Positions 1-9,159 are shown, counted from the first letter of the stretch. The stretch: 21,641 nt of DNA from Armatimonadota bacterium (GCA_038207085.1 JBBRAE010000042.1:1-21641); one strand, 5' to 3'. Numbers and translations: made by a program. The notes: a model not told the origin generated them from the letters alone.

Positions 1-27
1 TATGAAAATTGCTGATAACCTTTTCAT
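1..27 (-). CDS. 5' end of a gene running off the left edge (MKRLSAIFI...), probable signal peptide of a secreted protein
   Basis: Minus-strand ATG at 27 preceded by strong SD GAGGAGG (37-43); basic-then-hydrophobic N-terminus; only 9 codons visible. Confidence 0.6.
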
Positions 28-154
28 TGTAGTTATCCTCCTCACTTAGATTAGTCCCCCGAGCATGCAAATACCTTCAATCTGATGCAAATAATTTTCG
101 CAGAGCCTGATTATATTTTGTTGTAAGGTAGTTTCTACATAAGCTCATGTGGTT

Positions 155-163
155 TGGTATAAT
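155..163 (+). promoter_or_regulatory. Extended -10 promoter candidate (TGG-TATAAT) for the glycosylation operon
   Basis: TG-N-TATAAT in AT-rich divergent intergenic DNA; second -10-like TATACT at 195-200; SD GAGGTG at 233-238. Confidence 0.45.
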
Positions 164-243
164 TAAAGAGCAGGAAATCCGTGAAAAAACACGGTATACT
201 AATACATGCTCTGCAATTATAGATTTTATGAAGAGGTGACCTA

Positions 244-1503
244 ATGGGGCTCAATTCAGGGTTCCTTTCCGCACATCCGATGATCCTGATGATGTCTGTC
301 GTTCCGGCTGTGCTTGCGGCGATTGTGCTTTCACTGTCGTTTCGCCAGCCGCTTTCCGGGTTGGTTGAGAGGTGGAGAGTTCCACTGATCGTGCTTACCT
401 ATCTTGTGACCCGGGTGGCGCTGCTCATTGTGGTGTATGTCGTGCTTGGGGACAACAAGCCTCAGAACGATAACGCCTGGTGGCAGTGGATGGGTGTTGG
501 AATCCTTGAGGGCAAGCTCCCTTACAGGGATTTCCTCTGCTCGCACTCACCGCTCTTTCCGTATCTGATGGCGGTAGCTTTTGCGATCTGGAGGCATGAC
601 GGCGCGGCAGTGCTGATCTTTGGCGCGTTTGACGTCGCCTGTCTACTGCTCATCTATGCCCTTGCCAAGAGAACCGCCAACGAGTCTGTCGCGAAAAACG
701 CGATTTGGATGTGGGCGCTTAACCCTGCTGTGTGGCTGATCACGGTGCGCTACGCCCAGGACGAGACCATAATTGCGGCGGTTCTTATGATGGCATCGCT
801 CTTATACCTGCGAGGGTCTAAGTGGTGGTATGGGATCGTGCTAGCGCTTGGGTTTATGATTACCAAGTTTACTACGATTCCGGGGCTGATTGTGGCGTTC
901 ACATACAGCAACAAGAAGATACGGGATGCCCTGGTTGGAATCGTCGCGGTTGGGCTGATGCTTTCGATGTTTACGCTCCAGGGAATAGATATCACTTCCC
1001 CGCTGAGGAGCGAGGACATGGGGATCGAGGGCGTGAACATCACTGTCTTGATAGACAGGATAACCCAGCACAGCTACGTTTTTGCTGCCCACAGAGTATT
1101 TAGTGTCATTGCCATGCTTGCGTTTGGCGTTACGCTCGTTGTATGCCGGCGCAGGAAGATGAGTGTGCTTGACGCCATGTGTGCGTGCGTAATGGTGCTC
1201 CTGCTCTTTTCTCCAAGGTCGTTCAAGTTCTATCATTTGTGGGCAATGGGTCCGCTTACGGTTTGGTGTGCTCGCAATGGCAAATTTGGCCGCTATTCAC
1301 TATATAGTGCCCTGATTTGTTTGTTCGACGACTTTAGTTTCCATGTTGGAGCTCCTCCAGCGCTTCTTGCGGTGATGTATTCTCTCGCCGTTGCCATAAT
1401 TACTTTGGAGATATGGTTTGTATCTGATATCATGAGAAAGCCCGAGGCCAAGGCGAGTGTAGAGACTCCACTACAATCTGACGAACAGCTTGCGTCGGTC
1501 TGA
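244..1503 (+). CDS. Polytopic membrane glycosyltransferase, GT-C fold (GT87/PIG-M/PMT-like)
   Basis: 419 aa, many TM segments; first-loop Asp followed by GKLPYRDFxxxHSPLFPYL, plus WALNP and AQDE motifs typical of GT87-like lipid-phosphate-sugar transferases. Confidence 0.75.
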   Translation: MGLNSGFLSAHPMILMMSVVPAVLAAIVLSLSFRQPLSGLVERWRVPLIVLTYLVTRVALLIVVYVVLGDNKPQNDNAWWQWMGVGILEGKLPYRDFLCSHSPLFPYLMAVAFAIWRHDGAAVLIFGAFDVACLLLIYALAKRTANESVAKNAIWMWALNPAVWLITVRYAQDETIIAAVLMMASLLYLRGSKWWYGIVLALGFMITKFTTIPGLIVAFTYSNKKIRDALVGIVAVGLMLSMFTLQGIDITSPLRSEDMGIEGVNITVLIDRITQHSYVFAAHRVFSVIAMLAFGVTLVVCRRRKMSVLDAMCACVMVLLLFSPRSFKFYHLWAMGPLTVWCARNGKFGRYSLYSALICLFDDFSFHVGAPPALLAVMYSLAVAIITLEIWFVSDIMRKPEAKASVETPLQSDEQLASV

Positions 1504-1547
1504 CCGGCCTCTCCTAACGTTAAGTTTCGATTATTTTACACAGTTGA

Positions 1548-2510
1548 ATGGATGCTTCTATGTTGGATAACACAATCAAACTACATCCGAACTCTATAGT
1601 CGAGTCACAGAATATAGGCAAGCGCACTAGAGTGTGGGCTTTCGCCCATGTGCTTCCTGGCGCGGTTATAGGTGAGGATGTCAACATTTGCGACAACGTG
1701 TTTGTCGAAAACGATGTCGTGCTCGGCGACAGGGTAACGATCAAGTGCGGCGTGCAGCTATGGGACGGGATTCGCATGGAAGATGACGTGTTCGTCGGGC
1801 CGAATGTAACATTCGCAAATGATCTTTATCCGCGCAGCAAGCATTACCCAGATAAGTTCCTGCAGACAGTAGTTAAACGCGGCGCATCGATAGGAGCCAA
1901 TGCCACCATCCTTCCGGGCATCACCATAGGTTCAAGTGCTATGGTAGGTGCCGGCGCTGTGGTTACACGGGATGTGCCGCCGAACGCAATTGTCGTCGGC
2001 AACCCTGCCAGGATCAAAGGCTACGTGAGTGCAGAGTCAACCACGGCGATACCTCCGGAGACCATCGAGGGTGTAACCTCCGAGGTCGTACTGGATATGG
2101 TCGGCAGTCCCAAGGTGATTGCGATGCCGGAGATCAAAGACCTGCGAGGGTTTCTTTCGTTTGGGGAGGTTGGGGGGAAGTTACCGTTTGTCCCTGAGCG
2201 ATATTTCCTGGTGTACAATGTGCCGTCCAAGGAGATCCGCGGTGAGCATGCGCACAAAGCCTGCCAACAGTTCTTGGTATGCGTCAACGGGAGCTGCCAC
2301 GTGCTCCTCGATGACGGCTCCAAGCGCAAAGTCGTGGCGCTAAACGATCCTCACACTGGTCTTTACATCCCCCCAATGGTCTGGGGAGTCCAATACAACT
2401 ATACGCCCGACGCAGTACTTCTCGTGCTAGCTTCGCAGTGCTACCAAGCAGCAGACTACATCCGCGAGTATGATGAGTTCATCAAACTCGTGGCTTGGAA
2501 CGGCAAGTGA
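1548..2510 (+). CDS. wxcM: Bifunctional dTDP-3-amino-3,6-dideoxyhexose N-acetyltransferase (hexapeptide repeat) / dTDP-4-keto-6-deoxyglucose 3,4-ketoisomerase (cupin), WxcM-like; start may be ATG 1560
   Basis: N-terminal left-handed beta-helix repeats with FANDLYPRS (FdtC/QdtC-type); C-terminal FdtA/QdtA cupin with DLRG, RGEHAH and YIREYDEF. Confidence 0.88.
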   Translation: MDASMLDNTIKLHPNSIVESQNIGKRTRVWAFAHVLPGAVIGEDVNICDNVFVENDVVLGDRVTIKCGVQLWDGIRMEDDVFVGPNVTFANDLYPRSKHYPDKFLQTVVKRGASIGANATILPGITIGSSAMVGAGAVVTRDVPPNAIVVGNPARIKGYVSAESTTAIPPETIEGVTSEVVLDMVGSPKVIAMPEIKDLRGFLSFGEVGGKLPFVPERYFLVYNVPSKEIRGEHAHKACQQFLVCVNGSCHVLLDDGSKRKVVALNDPHTGLYIPPMVWGVQYNYTPDAVLLVLASQCYQAADYIREYDEFIKLVAWNGK

Positions 2511-2541
2511 GGCGGCTGGTTATCCCTGGGCCGGAGACGTC

Positions 2542-3666
2542 ATGATGCAGAACAATATCCCGTTTTTGAAACTGAGAGATAGCTACATCGAACTGAAAAG
2601 TGAGATCGATGAGGCTGTTATGCGCGTCCTCGACAGCGGATACTATCTGCTGGGCAAGGAGCTTCTGGCTTTTGAGTCGGAGTATGCGTCCTACTGCGAG
2701 GCCCAGCACTGCATAGGTGTCGGCAACGGATTGGAAGCTCTGGAGCTCGCGCTTCGAGCGCTTGAGGTCGGTCCTGGCGATGAGGTGATTGTACCGAGCA
2801 ACACTTATATCGCGACATGGCTTGCAGTTAGCGCTGTTGGGGCGACTATAGTGCCTGTAGAGCCAGACCCCGGCACGTGTAACATAGATCCGTTACACAT
2901 AGAGGCCGCGATTACGCCAAGTACAAAGGTGATTTTGCCCGTCCACCTCTACGGACAACCTGCGGATATGGACCCAATCACCGAGATCGCCGAAAAGCAC
3001 GGCATTTACACTCTGGAGGACGCCGCCCAGGCTCACGGTGCCCGTTACAAGGGGCGCAGGGTAGGGTCCCTCGGGCATGTTACTGCTTGGAGTTTCTATC
3101 CCACAAAGAATCTGGGTGCGTTCGGCGATTCGGGTGCTGTGACGACCAACGATCCCGAGATCGCCGACAAGGTTCGCTTGATCCGCAATTACGGCGCTCG
3201 AACCAAGTACGTGAACGAAGTGAAGGGCACAAACAGCAGGATGGAAGAGCTTCACGCCGCGATGCTTCGGGTGAAACTCGCTCATCTTGATGAGTGGAAT
3301 GGTCGGCGAAAGACCCAGGCCGCCCTATACCTTGAGCAGTTTGCCGACTGCGGGCTGAGACTTCAGGAGGTGCCGGAGTGGGCTGACTCTGTCTGGCATA
3401 TCTTCACTGTGCGCACGCCTGCTCGGGATGCCTTGCAGCAGCGGCTGGATGAGTTTGGGGTCGGCACACTCATACATTATCCGATTCCACCGCATCTGCA
3501 GTCTGCATACAGCGAGCTTGGCTACGGCGAGGGGGCGTTCCCACTATCTGAGGCCGTTCACAAAAGCATTCTCAGCCTGCCGATAGGCCCGCATGTCACG
3601 GACTCTCAGGTTGACGATATCATCGTCGCCGTTAAGACAGCGGCTTCGGAACTGAAACTCACATGA
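2542..3666 (+). CDS. fdtB: DegT/DnrJ/EryC1/StrS PLP-dependent sugar 3-aminotransferase (FdtB/QdtB-like)
   Basis: EDAAQAHG, SFYPTKNLG (PLP lysine), LIHYPIPPHLQ; start moved to ATG 2542 behind GGAG rather than 2470. Confidence 0.88.
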   Translation: MMQNNIPFLKLRDSYIELKSEIDEAVMRVLDSGYYLLGKELLAFESEYASYCEAQHCIGVGNGLEALELALRALEVGPGDEVIVPSNTYIATWLAVSAVGATIVPVEPDPGTCNIDPLHIEAAITPSTKVILPVHLYGQPADMDPITEIAEKHGIYTLEDAAQAHGARYKGRRVGSLGHVTAWSFYPTKNLGAFGDSGAVTTNDPEIADKVRLIRNYGARTKYVNEVKGTNSRMEELHAAMLRVKLAHLDEWNGRRKTQAALYLEQFADCGLRLQEVPEWADSVWHIFTVRTPARDALQQRLDEFGVGTLIHYPIPPHLQSAYSELGYGEGAFPLSEAVHKSILSLPIGPHVTDSQVDDIIVAVKTAASELKLT

Positions 3667-4592
3667 GCAAGAAGAAGCTATCGATACTTGTTCCCATATA
3701 CTTTAATGAGTCGAACATCCCGTATACGGTGCCGCGTTTGCAGGCGCTTTCCGAGCTTATGCCGGGCTTTGACCTGGAGTTTGTGTTCGTAGACGACGGC
3801 TCTAAGGACGATTCACTGAAGCTTCTGCTTGAGGCAAGAGAACGCGACACCAGGATCAAGGTGGTGAAGCTCAGTCGCAACTTCGGTTCGATGTCGGCGA
3901 TCCAGGCGGGGCTTTCATACGTCACCGGCGACTGCATCGGGATTATTGCCGCCGACCTTCAGGACCCACCGGAGATGTTTGTCGAAATGGCCGACCTGTG
4001 GCAGAAGGGGAACAAGGTGGTGCTTGCCGTACGCGCTGACCGCGAGGAGTCCTTCGGGCAGAAGCTGTTCTCAGGCGCGTATTACTTCCTCATGCGTCGC
4101 TTCGCCCTTTCGGGGTACCCGAGCGGAGGGTTCGATTTTCTCCTGATAGACAAGCAGATCGCCAGTGAACTGAGGCAGATCAATGAGAAGAACACCAATG
4201 TTATGAGTCTGGTGTTCTGGCTCGGGCATGCTCGGGCGATCGTCCCCTACGTGCGTCAGAGCCGTAAGCATGGCAAGTCGCGATGGACTCTTGCGAAGAA
4301 GATCAAGCTCTTTGTCGATTCCTTCGTGAACTTCTCCTATGCGCCGATCCGGTTTATGTCGCTTATGGGATTTCTGACAGCAGGGATCAGCTTTGCTTAT
4401 GGTGTTTTCGTGATTTCTTCCCTATTCATCGGGAACATTCCCGTGCGCGGCTACACAACCCTTGTCGCACTTATCACGTTTTTGCTTGGGCTGGTCATGA
4501 TAATGCTTGGAGTGATAGGCGAATATGTCTGGCGGGTACTTGATGAGACTCGCAACAGACCGGGGCATATCGTCGATGATGTCTACGACTAG
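3663..4592 (+). CDS. GT2 polyprenyl-phosphate glycosyltransferase (GtrB/ArnC/DPM1-like)
   Basis: VDDGSKD, LSRNFG, ADLQDPPE, two C-terminal TM helices, LGVIGEYVWR; ATGA overlap with upstream gene. Confidence 0.88.
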   Translation: MSKKKLSILVPIYFNESNIPYTVPRLQALSELMPGFDLEFVFVDDGSKDDSLKLLLEARERDTRIKVVKLSRNFGSMSAIQAGLSYVTGDCIGIIAADLQDPPEMFVEMADLWQKGNKVVLAVRADREESFGQKLFSGAYYFLMRRFALSGYPSGGFDFLLIDKQIASELRQINEKNTNVMSLVFWLGHARAIVPYVRQSRKHGKSRWTLAKKIKLFVDSFVNFSYAPIRFMSLMGFLTAGISFAYGVFVISSLFIGNIPVRGYTTLVALITFLLGLVMIMLGVIGEYVWRVLDETRNRPGHIVDDVYD

Positions 4593-4602
4593 AAACCTTC
4601 CT

Positions 4603-5121
4603 CTATTCCGAGCGAAAAGTAAAGCCGGGGTTGCCTTCGGTGATCGGTGAAACGTCGATGGCGTATTTGTCGAGCGCCTTTCGCCAGAACCTTGCCGCGC
4701 GGGTGTTCTTCGGCAGATATCTGAGCGCGCCCCTGCCTTTGAAGCGTTCCAAGACGAGCCGCACCGCCTCACTTCCCGCGCCAAGCCCACGGAACTTGTT
4801 TGCGACAAAGAACTCGATGATCTCAAAGTCCGCGCTGGGGTTTGCGTAGGGCGGGCGGCCGATCATCACGAACCCCGCTGGCGTTCCGCCTGCTCGAAGG
4901 AGCATCGGGAAGAGCACCCCCGGCTTTTTCCACCATACGTCGAGCCCGCGCAGAGTTTCATCGTGCGTGCGTGCGCGGGTGCCGTCGATTATGCCGTGCG
5001 AGTTGATCGCAGAGCCCGGCCCCGAGTCGATATAGGGCAAGAGGTCATATCGATAAAAGACGAACAGGTTCTTGATCGTCGGCCGGTCATGGTTTGACGG
5101 TTGCAGCAGTTCAATATTCAA
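4603..5121 (-). CDS. GNAT family N-acetyltransferase
   Basis: EFFVANKFRGLGAG acetyl-CoA motif A and NTRAARFWRK; TTG at 5121 overlaps the upstream TGA (GTG at 5130 is an alternative start). Confidence 0.8.
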   Translation of the reverse strand: MNIELLQPSNHDRPTIKNLFVFYRYDLLPYIDSGPGSAINSHGIIDGTRARTHDETLRGLDVWWKKPGVLFPMLLRAGGTPAGFVMIGRPPYANPSADFEIIEFFVANKFRGLGAGSEAVRLVLERFKGRGALRYLPKNTRAARFWRKALDKYAIDVSPITEGNPGFTFRSE

Positions 5122-5341
5122 TGCGCCCACCCGCTTCGCTTCAATTTGCCGGTCTTTTCGCAGTAGAGCTCGACTCTGGCAAAGATGAACATACCCAGCG
5201 GTATCAGCACGATTCCCATCACCACTCGATGACTAGGCTAGGCGTGCGCGGACCAGAAAGGAGTCGAGCCAGACCCCGCTGAGGCGTGCCGTCGCTGAAT
5301 ATCTTGATAAGGCGCTCAACTTCAAGCGCGTAGGGTTCCAT
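5118..5341 (-). pseudogene. Collapsed ABC-2 exporter remnant: ATPase-like N-terminus (5341-5219) next to a permease-like C-terminus (5219-5118)
   Basis: Manual translation: MEPYALEVERLIKIFSDG... then, in another frame, MGIVLIPLGMFIFARVELYCEKTGKLKRSGWAH*. Confidence 0.55.
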
Positions 5342-5578
5342 AACTGCATGATACCCGGAGACGGCGGTTAGCTCTTAGCTACGAGTTCGTTTTGAACGTT
5401 TTTATCCAAGGCGACTTCTACCGAGTCATCTGAACAATGAAAAGCTGTATATTAATAATAGGCAACGCAAACTCCGAAGGCAAGGAATGTTTTGAGATGA
5501 TTGTTGGGTATTTGTGCGAACAGATGTGCGCGGGATTGGATTAGCTCCCATCTGCTGTGGTACGCCCTGAAGTTGAAG

Positions 5579-5750
5579 GAGCGCACCCTTCGAGAGCCTC
5601 AGGGTGACGGGGTTATTGGTTTGGGTGGATGTATGAGAGATTGCACCGCGCTCACCCTTCGACAGGCTCAGTAGCATGGCGGTACAAGCGCCACGACACC
5701 ACCATCCTGAGCAGCGAAGCGTCACGCTGAGGCTCTCGAAACGTGCGCTC
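5579..5750. repeat. Cluster of CGTC-type palindromic REP-like repeats (consensus CGTCACCCTGAG..TCGAAGGG)
   Basis: 5579-5608 and 5721-5750 form an inverted pair (27/30 identical); related copies at 5645-5683 and 5702-5722. Confidence 0.8.
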
Positions 5751-5822
5751 TACCCAAACCCTCGACACCCGCCAATCCCCCGAAGCTTATCCCAAACTAC
5801 AGACATCCATCGTAATCGAGAA

Positions 5823-5849
5823 AGGGCGGACACATTGGTCCGCCCCTAC
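5823..5849 (-). repeat. GTAG-type REP (GTAGGGGCGGACCAATGTGTCCGCCCT)
   Basis: Exact reverse complement of 9224-9250; 8-bp stem GGGCGGAC/GTCCGCCC. Confidence 0.9.
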
Positions 5850-5982
5850 GTCGCGTGTCGATAATCTATCAGGCATCGCAAAATCGAATGATGCTTACAG
5901 CTACATGACAAAATCTTCAAAATGTGCCATTATATAAGCAAATTGCTAGAGCTTGTTAAGATATATCTGGGGTCGCATACTG

Positions 5983-7290
5983 ATGTACTATTGGGACAAA
6001 GAAACTGAGTGTATGAGCGCCGACCGGCTGCGCGAGATTCAAAGCGAGCGGCTGAAGGAAACGGTGCGACGCGCCTATGACAAGGTCGCGTTCTATCGGG
6101 CTAAGATGGACGAAGCGGGCGTTACTCCCGATGATATCAACTCCATCGATGATATCGTGAAGCTTCCATTCACTTACAAAGAAGATTTCAGGGAGAATTA
6201 TCCCTTTGCGATGTTTGCCGTGCCGCTTGAAGAGGTCGTCAGGATCCACGCAAGCTCCGGGACCACGGGCAAGCCTACGGTCGTCGGCTATACTCGCGGA
6301 GACATCGACACCTGGAGCGAGTGCATGGCCCGAACGCTCGGTGCGGGAGGGACTACCCGGGGCGATATCGTCCAGAACGCTTACGGGTATGGGCTCTTCA
6401 CCGGCGGACTCGGCGCGCACTACGGGGCTGAGAAGATCGGTGCAAGCGTCGTTCCGATCTCTGGTGGCAACACCAAACGCCAGCTCCAGCTGATGGAGGA
6501 CTTCGGAAGCACCGTCATCTGCAGCACCCCAAGCTACGCGATATTCCTCGGTGAAGCCGCCGCCGAAGCCGGGATCGACACCAAGAAGCTACCTCTTAGG
6601 GTGGGGTTCTTTGGGGCCGAGCCCTGGACTGACAGTATGCGCAGAGAGATCGAGGAGAAGCTCTCTATCGACGCGCTTGATATCTACGGCCTCTCTGAGG
6701 TGACCGGCCCGGGCGTCTCCTACGAGTGTATGGAGAAGTCGGGACTGCATGTGAGCGAAGACCATTTTTTCCCCGAGATTATCGACTCAGAGACCGGAGA
6801 GCGCATGCCCGACGGCGAAAAGGGCGAGCTCGTATTCACCGGGCTTACCAAAGAGGCGCTGCCGCTTCTGCGCTACAGAACGCGGGACGTGACGTTCCTC
6901 AGGCCTGAGCCTTGCGCGTGCGGTCGAGTCTTCAGACGGATGAACAGGGTGCTTGGACGCACCGACGACATGCTCATCATCCGTGGAGTGAACGTCTTCC
7001 CGAGCCAGATCGAAAGCGTATTGATGGAAATCGAAGGCACCGAGCCCCATTATATGATCGTAGTCGACCGAGAACAGGGTCGGCTCGATCAGATGGAGGT
7101 ATGGGTCGAGGTTTCGCCGAACATGGCAAGTGACGAAGTGAAAAAGCTCGAGGCTATCGAGCGGCAGATCGAGCGTGAGATTGAAAGCACGCTTAACGTC
7201 TCCGTTCGGGTGAAGCTGGTCGAGCCCAAAACTATTCAACGCAGCGAAGGCAAAGCCAAGAGAGTTATCGACAGGAGGGACCTGGGATAG
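5983..7290 (+). CDS. paaK: Phenylacetate-CoA ligase family protein (canonical motifs)
   Basis: [12 protein letters not shown]-loop, [57 protein letters not shown] 5983 preferred to TTG 5953. Confidence 0.92.
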   Translation: MYYWDKETECMSADRLREIQSERLKETVRRAYDKVAFYRAKMDEAGVTPDDINSIDDIVKLPFTYKEDFRENYPFAMFAVPLEEVVRIHASSGTTGKPTVVGYTRGDIDTWSECMARTLGAGGTTRGDIVQNAYGYGLFTGGLGAHYGAEKIGASVVPISGGNTKRQLQLMEDFGSTVICSTPSYAIFLGEAAAEAGIDTKKLPLRVGFFGAEPWTDSMRREIEEKLSIDALDIYGLSEVTGPGVSYECMEKSGLHVSEDHFFPEIIDSETGERMPDGEKGELVFTGLTKEALPLLRYRTRDVTFLRPEPCACGRVFRRMNRVLGRTDDMLIIRGVNVFPSQIESVLMEIEGTEPHYMIVVDREQGRLDQMEVWVEVSPNMASDEVKKLEAIERQIEREIESTLNVSVRVKLVEPKTIQRSEGKAKRVIDRRDLG

Positions 7291-7721
7291 TGAAAGTCAA
7301 CCAGATTTCCGTGTTTCTTGAGAACAAATCCGGCAGGTTGGCCGATGTGACCCGTACGCTTGCGGATAACGGCATCAACATCCGCGCGCTTTCTATCGCC
7401 GACACCATCGACTACGGTCTGCTCCGTCTTATCGTAAACGACCCCGCCCGCGCGACCGAAGTGCTGACCGAACAGGGCTTCACAGTCGCAAAGACCGAGG
7501 TCCTCGCAATAGAGATCCCCGATCGCCCTGGGGGCATGGCAGGTATCATCGATATTCTGTCCGCTAAGGGCTTCAATATAGAGTATATGTATGCGTTCGT
7601 CGGCAGATCCGGCGAGCACGCGATTGTTATCTTCAGAATAGAGCCGGTGGATCAGGCGATCGAGGTTCTGAAAGAGGGAGGTGTGAGGATACTCACGGGC
7701 GACGAACTGCACGCGCTTTAG
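7290..7721 (+). CDS. Tandem ACT-domain (amino-acid-binding) protein of the kind found beside paaK
   Basis: QISVFLENKSGRL and DRPGG...NIEYMYAF double ACT signature; GTG overlaps the paaK stop. Confidence 0.9.
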   Translation: MKVNQISVFLENKSGRLADVTRTLADNGINIRALSIADTIDYGLLRLIVNDPARATEVLTEQGFTVAKTEVLAIEIPDRPGGMAGIIDILSAKGFNIEYMYAFVGRSGEHAIVIFRIEPVDQAIEVLKEGGVRILTGDELHAL

Positions 7722-7787
7722 CCCGCTTTAGGCGGCAGCAGTTGCCGGACAATTTTGGGATAGGAACCAGGGAAACTCGGATACTGT

Positions 7788-7833
7788 ACCGCGCTCATCC
7801 TTCGACGGACGCTGCGCTGCTCAGGATGGCGGT
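7788..7833. repeat. REP-like hairpin related to the 5645-5722 copies
   Basis: ACCGCGCTCATCCTTCGAC...GCTCAGGATGGCGGT matches 5645-5683 directly and 5702-5722 as reverse complement. Confidence 0.75.
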
Positions 7834-7841
7834 TGCGCCAG

Positions 7842-7866
7842 CCCCTAGTCCCCAACCCCTAACCCC
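7842..7866. repeat. Short heptameric tandem repeat (CCCCTAG TCCCCAA CCCCTAA CCCC)
   Basis: About 3.5 imperfect 7-nt units. Confidence 0.5.
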
Positions 7867-8010
7867 ATATATCGGAACATAACTTCCGCGCCATATCCCC
7901 CGTTTGTGTGGGTTGTGTCGCGCGGACCGTCGGCCTAGTCGGAAGCGCCCTAGATTGGCGCCGGGCTTGCGGCAGCGGCTACATCCGAAGTAGTATTTTG
8001 GAGGTCGAAA

Positions 8011-9159
8011 GTGGAAGTTAGAAAACTTGCTGTGGTCATGGCAGTGCTTTGCCTGATCATAGCCGTCGTCGCACCTGTTTATGCGGTGAAATCAACCTAT
8101 ATCATCGGCGCCGTGTTCGATGTGACAGGCCCCGGCTCACCTCTTGGGACGCCGGAAAGAGACACGGCGAGGATGGTCGAACAGCTCATCAACAAGCAGG
8201 GCGGTATCGGCGGTCATCCTGTAAAATTTATCTACGCTGACAACTCAAGCGAAGAGGGCAAGTGCGTCATGTCGGTCAAGAAGATGCTTGACTCCGACAA
8301 GGTGAAGGTCATCATCGGCCCGAGCACGACAGGCACGACTCTCGCGGTTGCCGGCATCTGTGAAAGATCAAGAGTCCCGATCGTCTCCTGCGCCGCGGGC
8401 AACAAGATCACCACACCCGCGCGCCCCTACATCTTCAAAACCGCTCAGGCCGATACCCACGCCATCGCGAAGGTGATCGACTACCTGAAGTCCAAGAAGC
8501 TGACCCGCATCGCTTTTCTGAACGACTCCAACGCATTCGGCAAAAGTGGGCTTGAGCAGATGAACCTCCAGGCCACCAAATCCAAAATCACGCTCGTTGC
8601 GGTCGAATCGTTCGGCGGCAAGGACCCGAGCATGTCCGCGCAGCTCACCCGCATCAAGTCCAAAAAGCCGCAGGCGCTCGTCGTCTGGGGCACCAACCCC
8701 GGCCCGGCGATTATCGTCCGCGAAGCGCGCCAGCTTGGGCTTAGGATGCCTGTAGTGATGAGCCACGGCGTCGCCAACAAGAAGTTCATCGAACTTGCGG
8801 GCTCCGCGGCAAACGGTGTTGTCCTTCCCGCCGGAAAGCTCACCGTCGCAAGTCAAATCCCAAGCTCGGACCCTCAAAAGAAGGTGCTTCTCCAGTATCA
8901 GTCGCTTTTCCAGAAGACCTACCATCGTGACGCCGACGCGTTCGGTGGTTACGCCTGGGACGCCGCTCAACTCGTCACAAGAGCGATGAAGAAGGCCGGC
9001 GACAACCCTGCAAAGATCAGGGCTGAGATCGAGCGCACTAAGAACTTCGTCGGAGTAAGCGGCGTGTTCAACTTTTCAGCCAAAGACCACAACGGCCTTG
9101 GCAAGAGCGCCTTTGTTATGGTCAAAGTGGACAAGGGCGGATTTAAGCTCGTCAAATAG
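8011..9159 (+). CDS. Branched-chain amino acid/aromatic acid ABC transporter substrate-binding protein (Liv/HAAT family), copy 1
   Basis: SD GGAGG plus GTG; SPase I signal peptide; IGAVFDVTGPGSPLGTPE, SHG and FNFSAKDHNGL motifs. Confidence 0.9.
   Translation: MEVRKLAVVMAVLCLIIAVVAPVYAVKSTYIIGAVFDVTGPGSPLGTPERDTARMVEQLINKQGGIGGHPVKFIYADNSSEEGKCVMSVKKMLDSDKVKVIIGPSTTGTTLAVAGICERSRVPIVSCAAGNKITTPARPYIFKTAQADTHAIAKVIDYLKSKKLTRIAFLNDSNAFGKSGLEQMNLQATKSKITLVAVESFGGKDPSMSAQLTRIKSKKPQALVVWGTNPGPAIIVREARQLGLRMPVVMSHGVANKKFIELAGSAANGVVLPAGKLTVASQIPSSDPQKKVLLQYQSLFQKTYHRDADAFGGYAWDAAQLVTRAMKKAGDNPAKIRAEIERTKNFVGVSGVFNFSAKDHNGLGKSAFVMVKVDKGGFKLVK

Noticed and set aside
1548..2510. Acetyltransferase-isomerase fusion as a novelty
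   Set aside because: This domain order is the known WxcM architecture
2470..2541. N-terminal extension of the aminotransferase
   Set aside because: Overlaps wxcM; the family begins near IPFL and an SD precedes ATG 2542
5579..5849. Possible CRISPR array
   Set aside because: Mixed orientation, irregular spacing, two unrelated repeat families, no cas genes
5426..5937. Short ORFs in the spacer (TLRLSKG repeats, GRTHWSAPT)
   Set aside because: Translations of REP sequences; GRTHWSAPT recurs in the 13707-13922 ORF for the same reason
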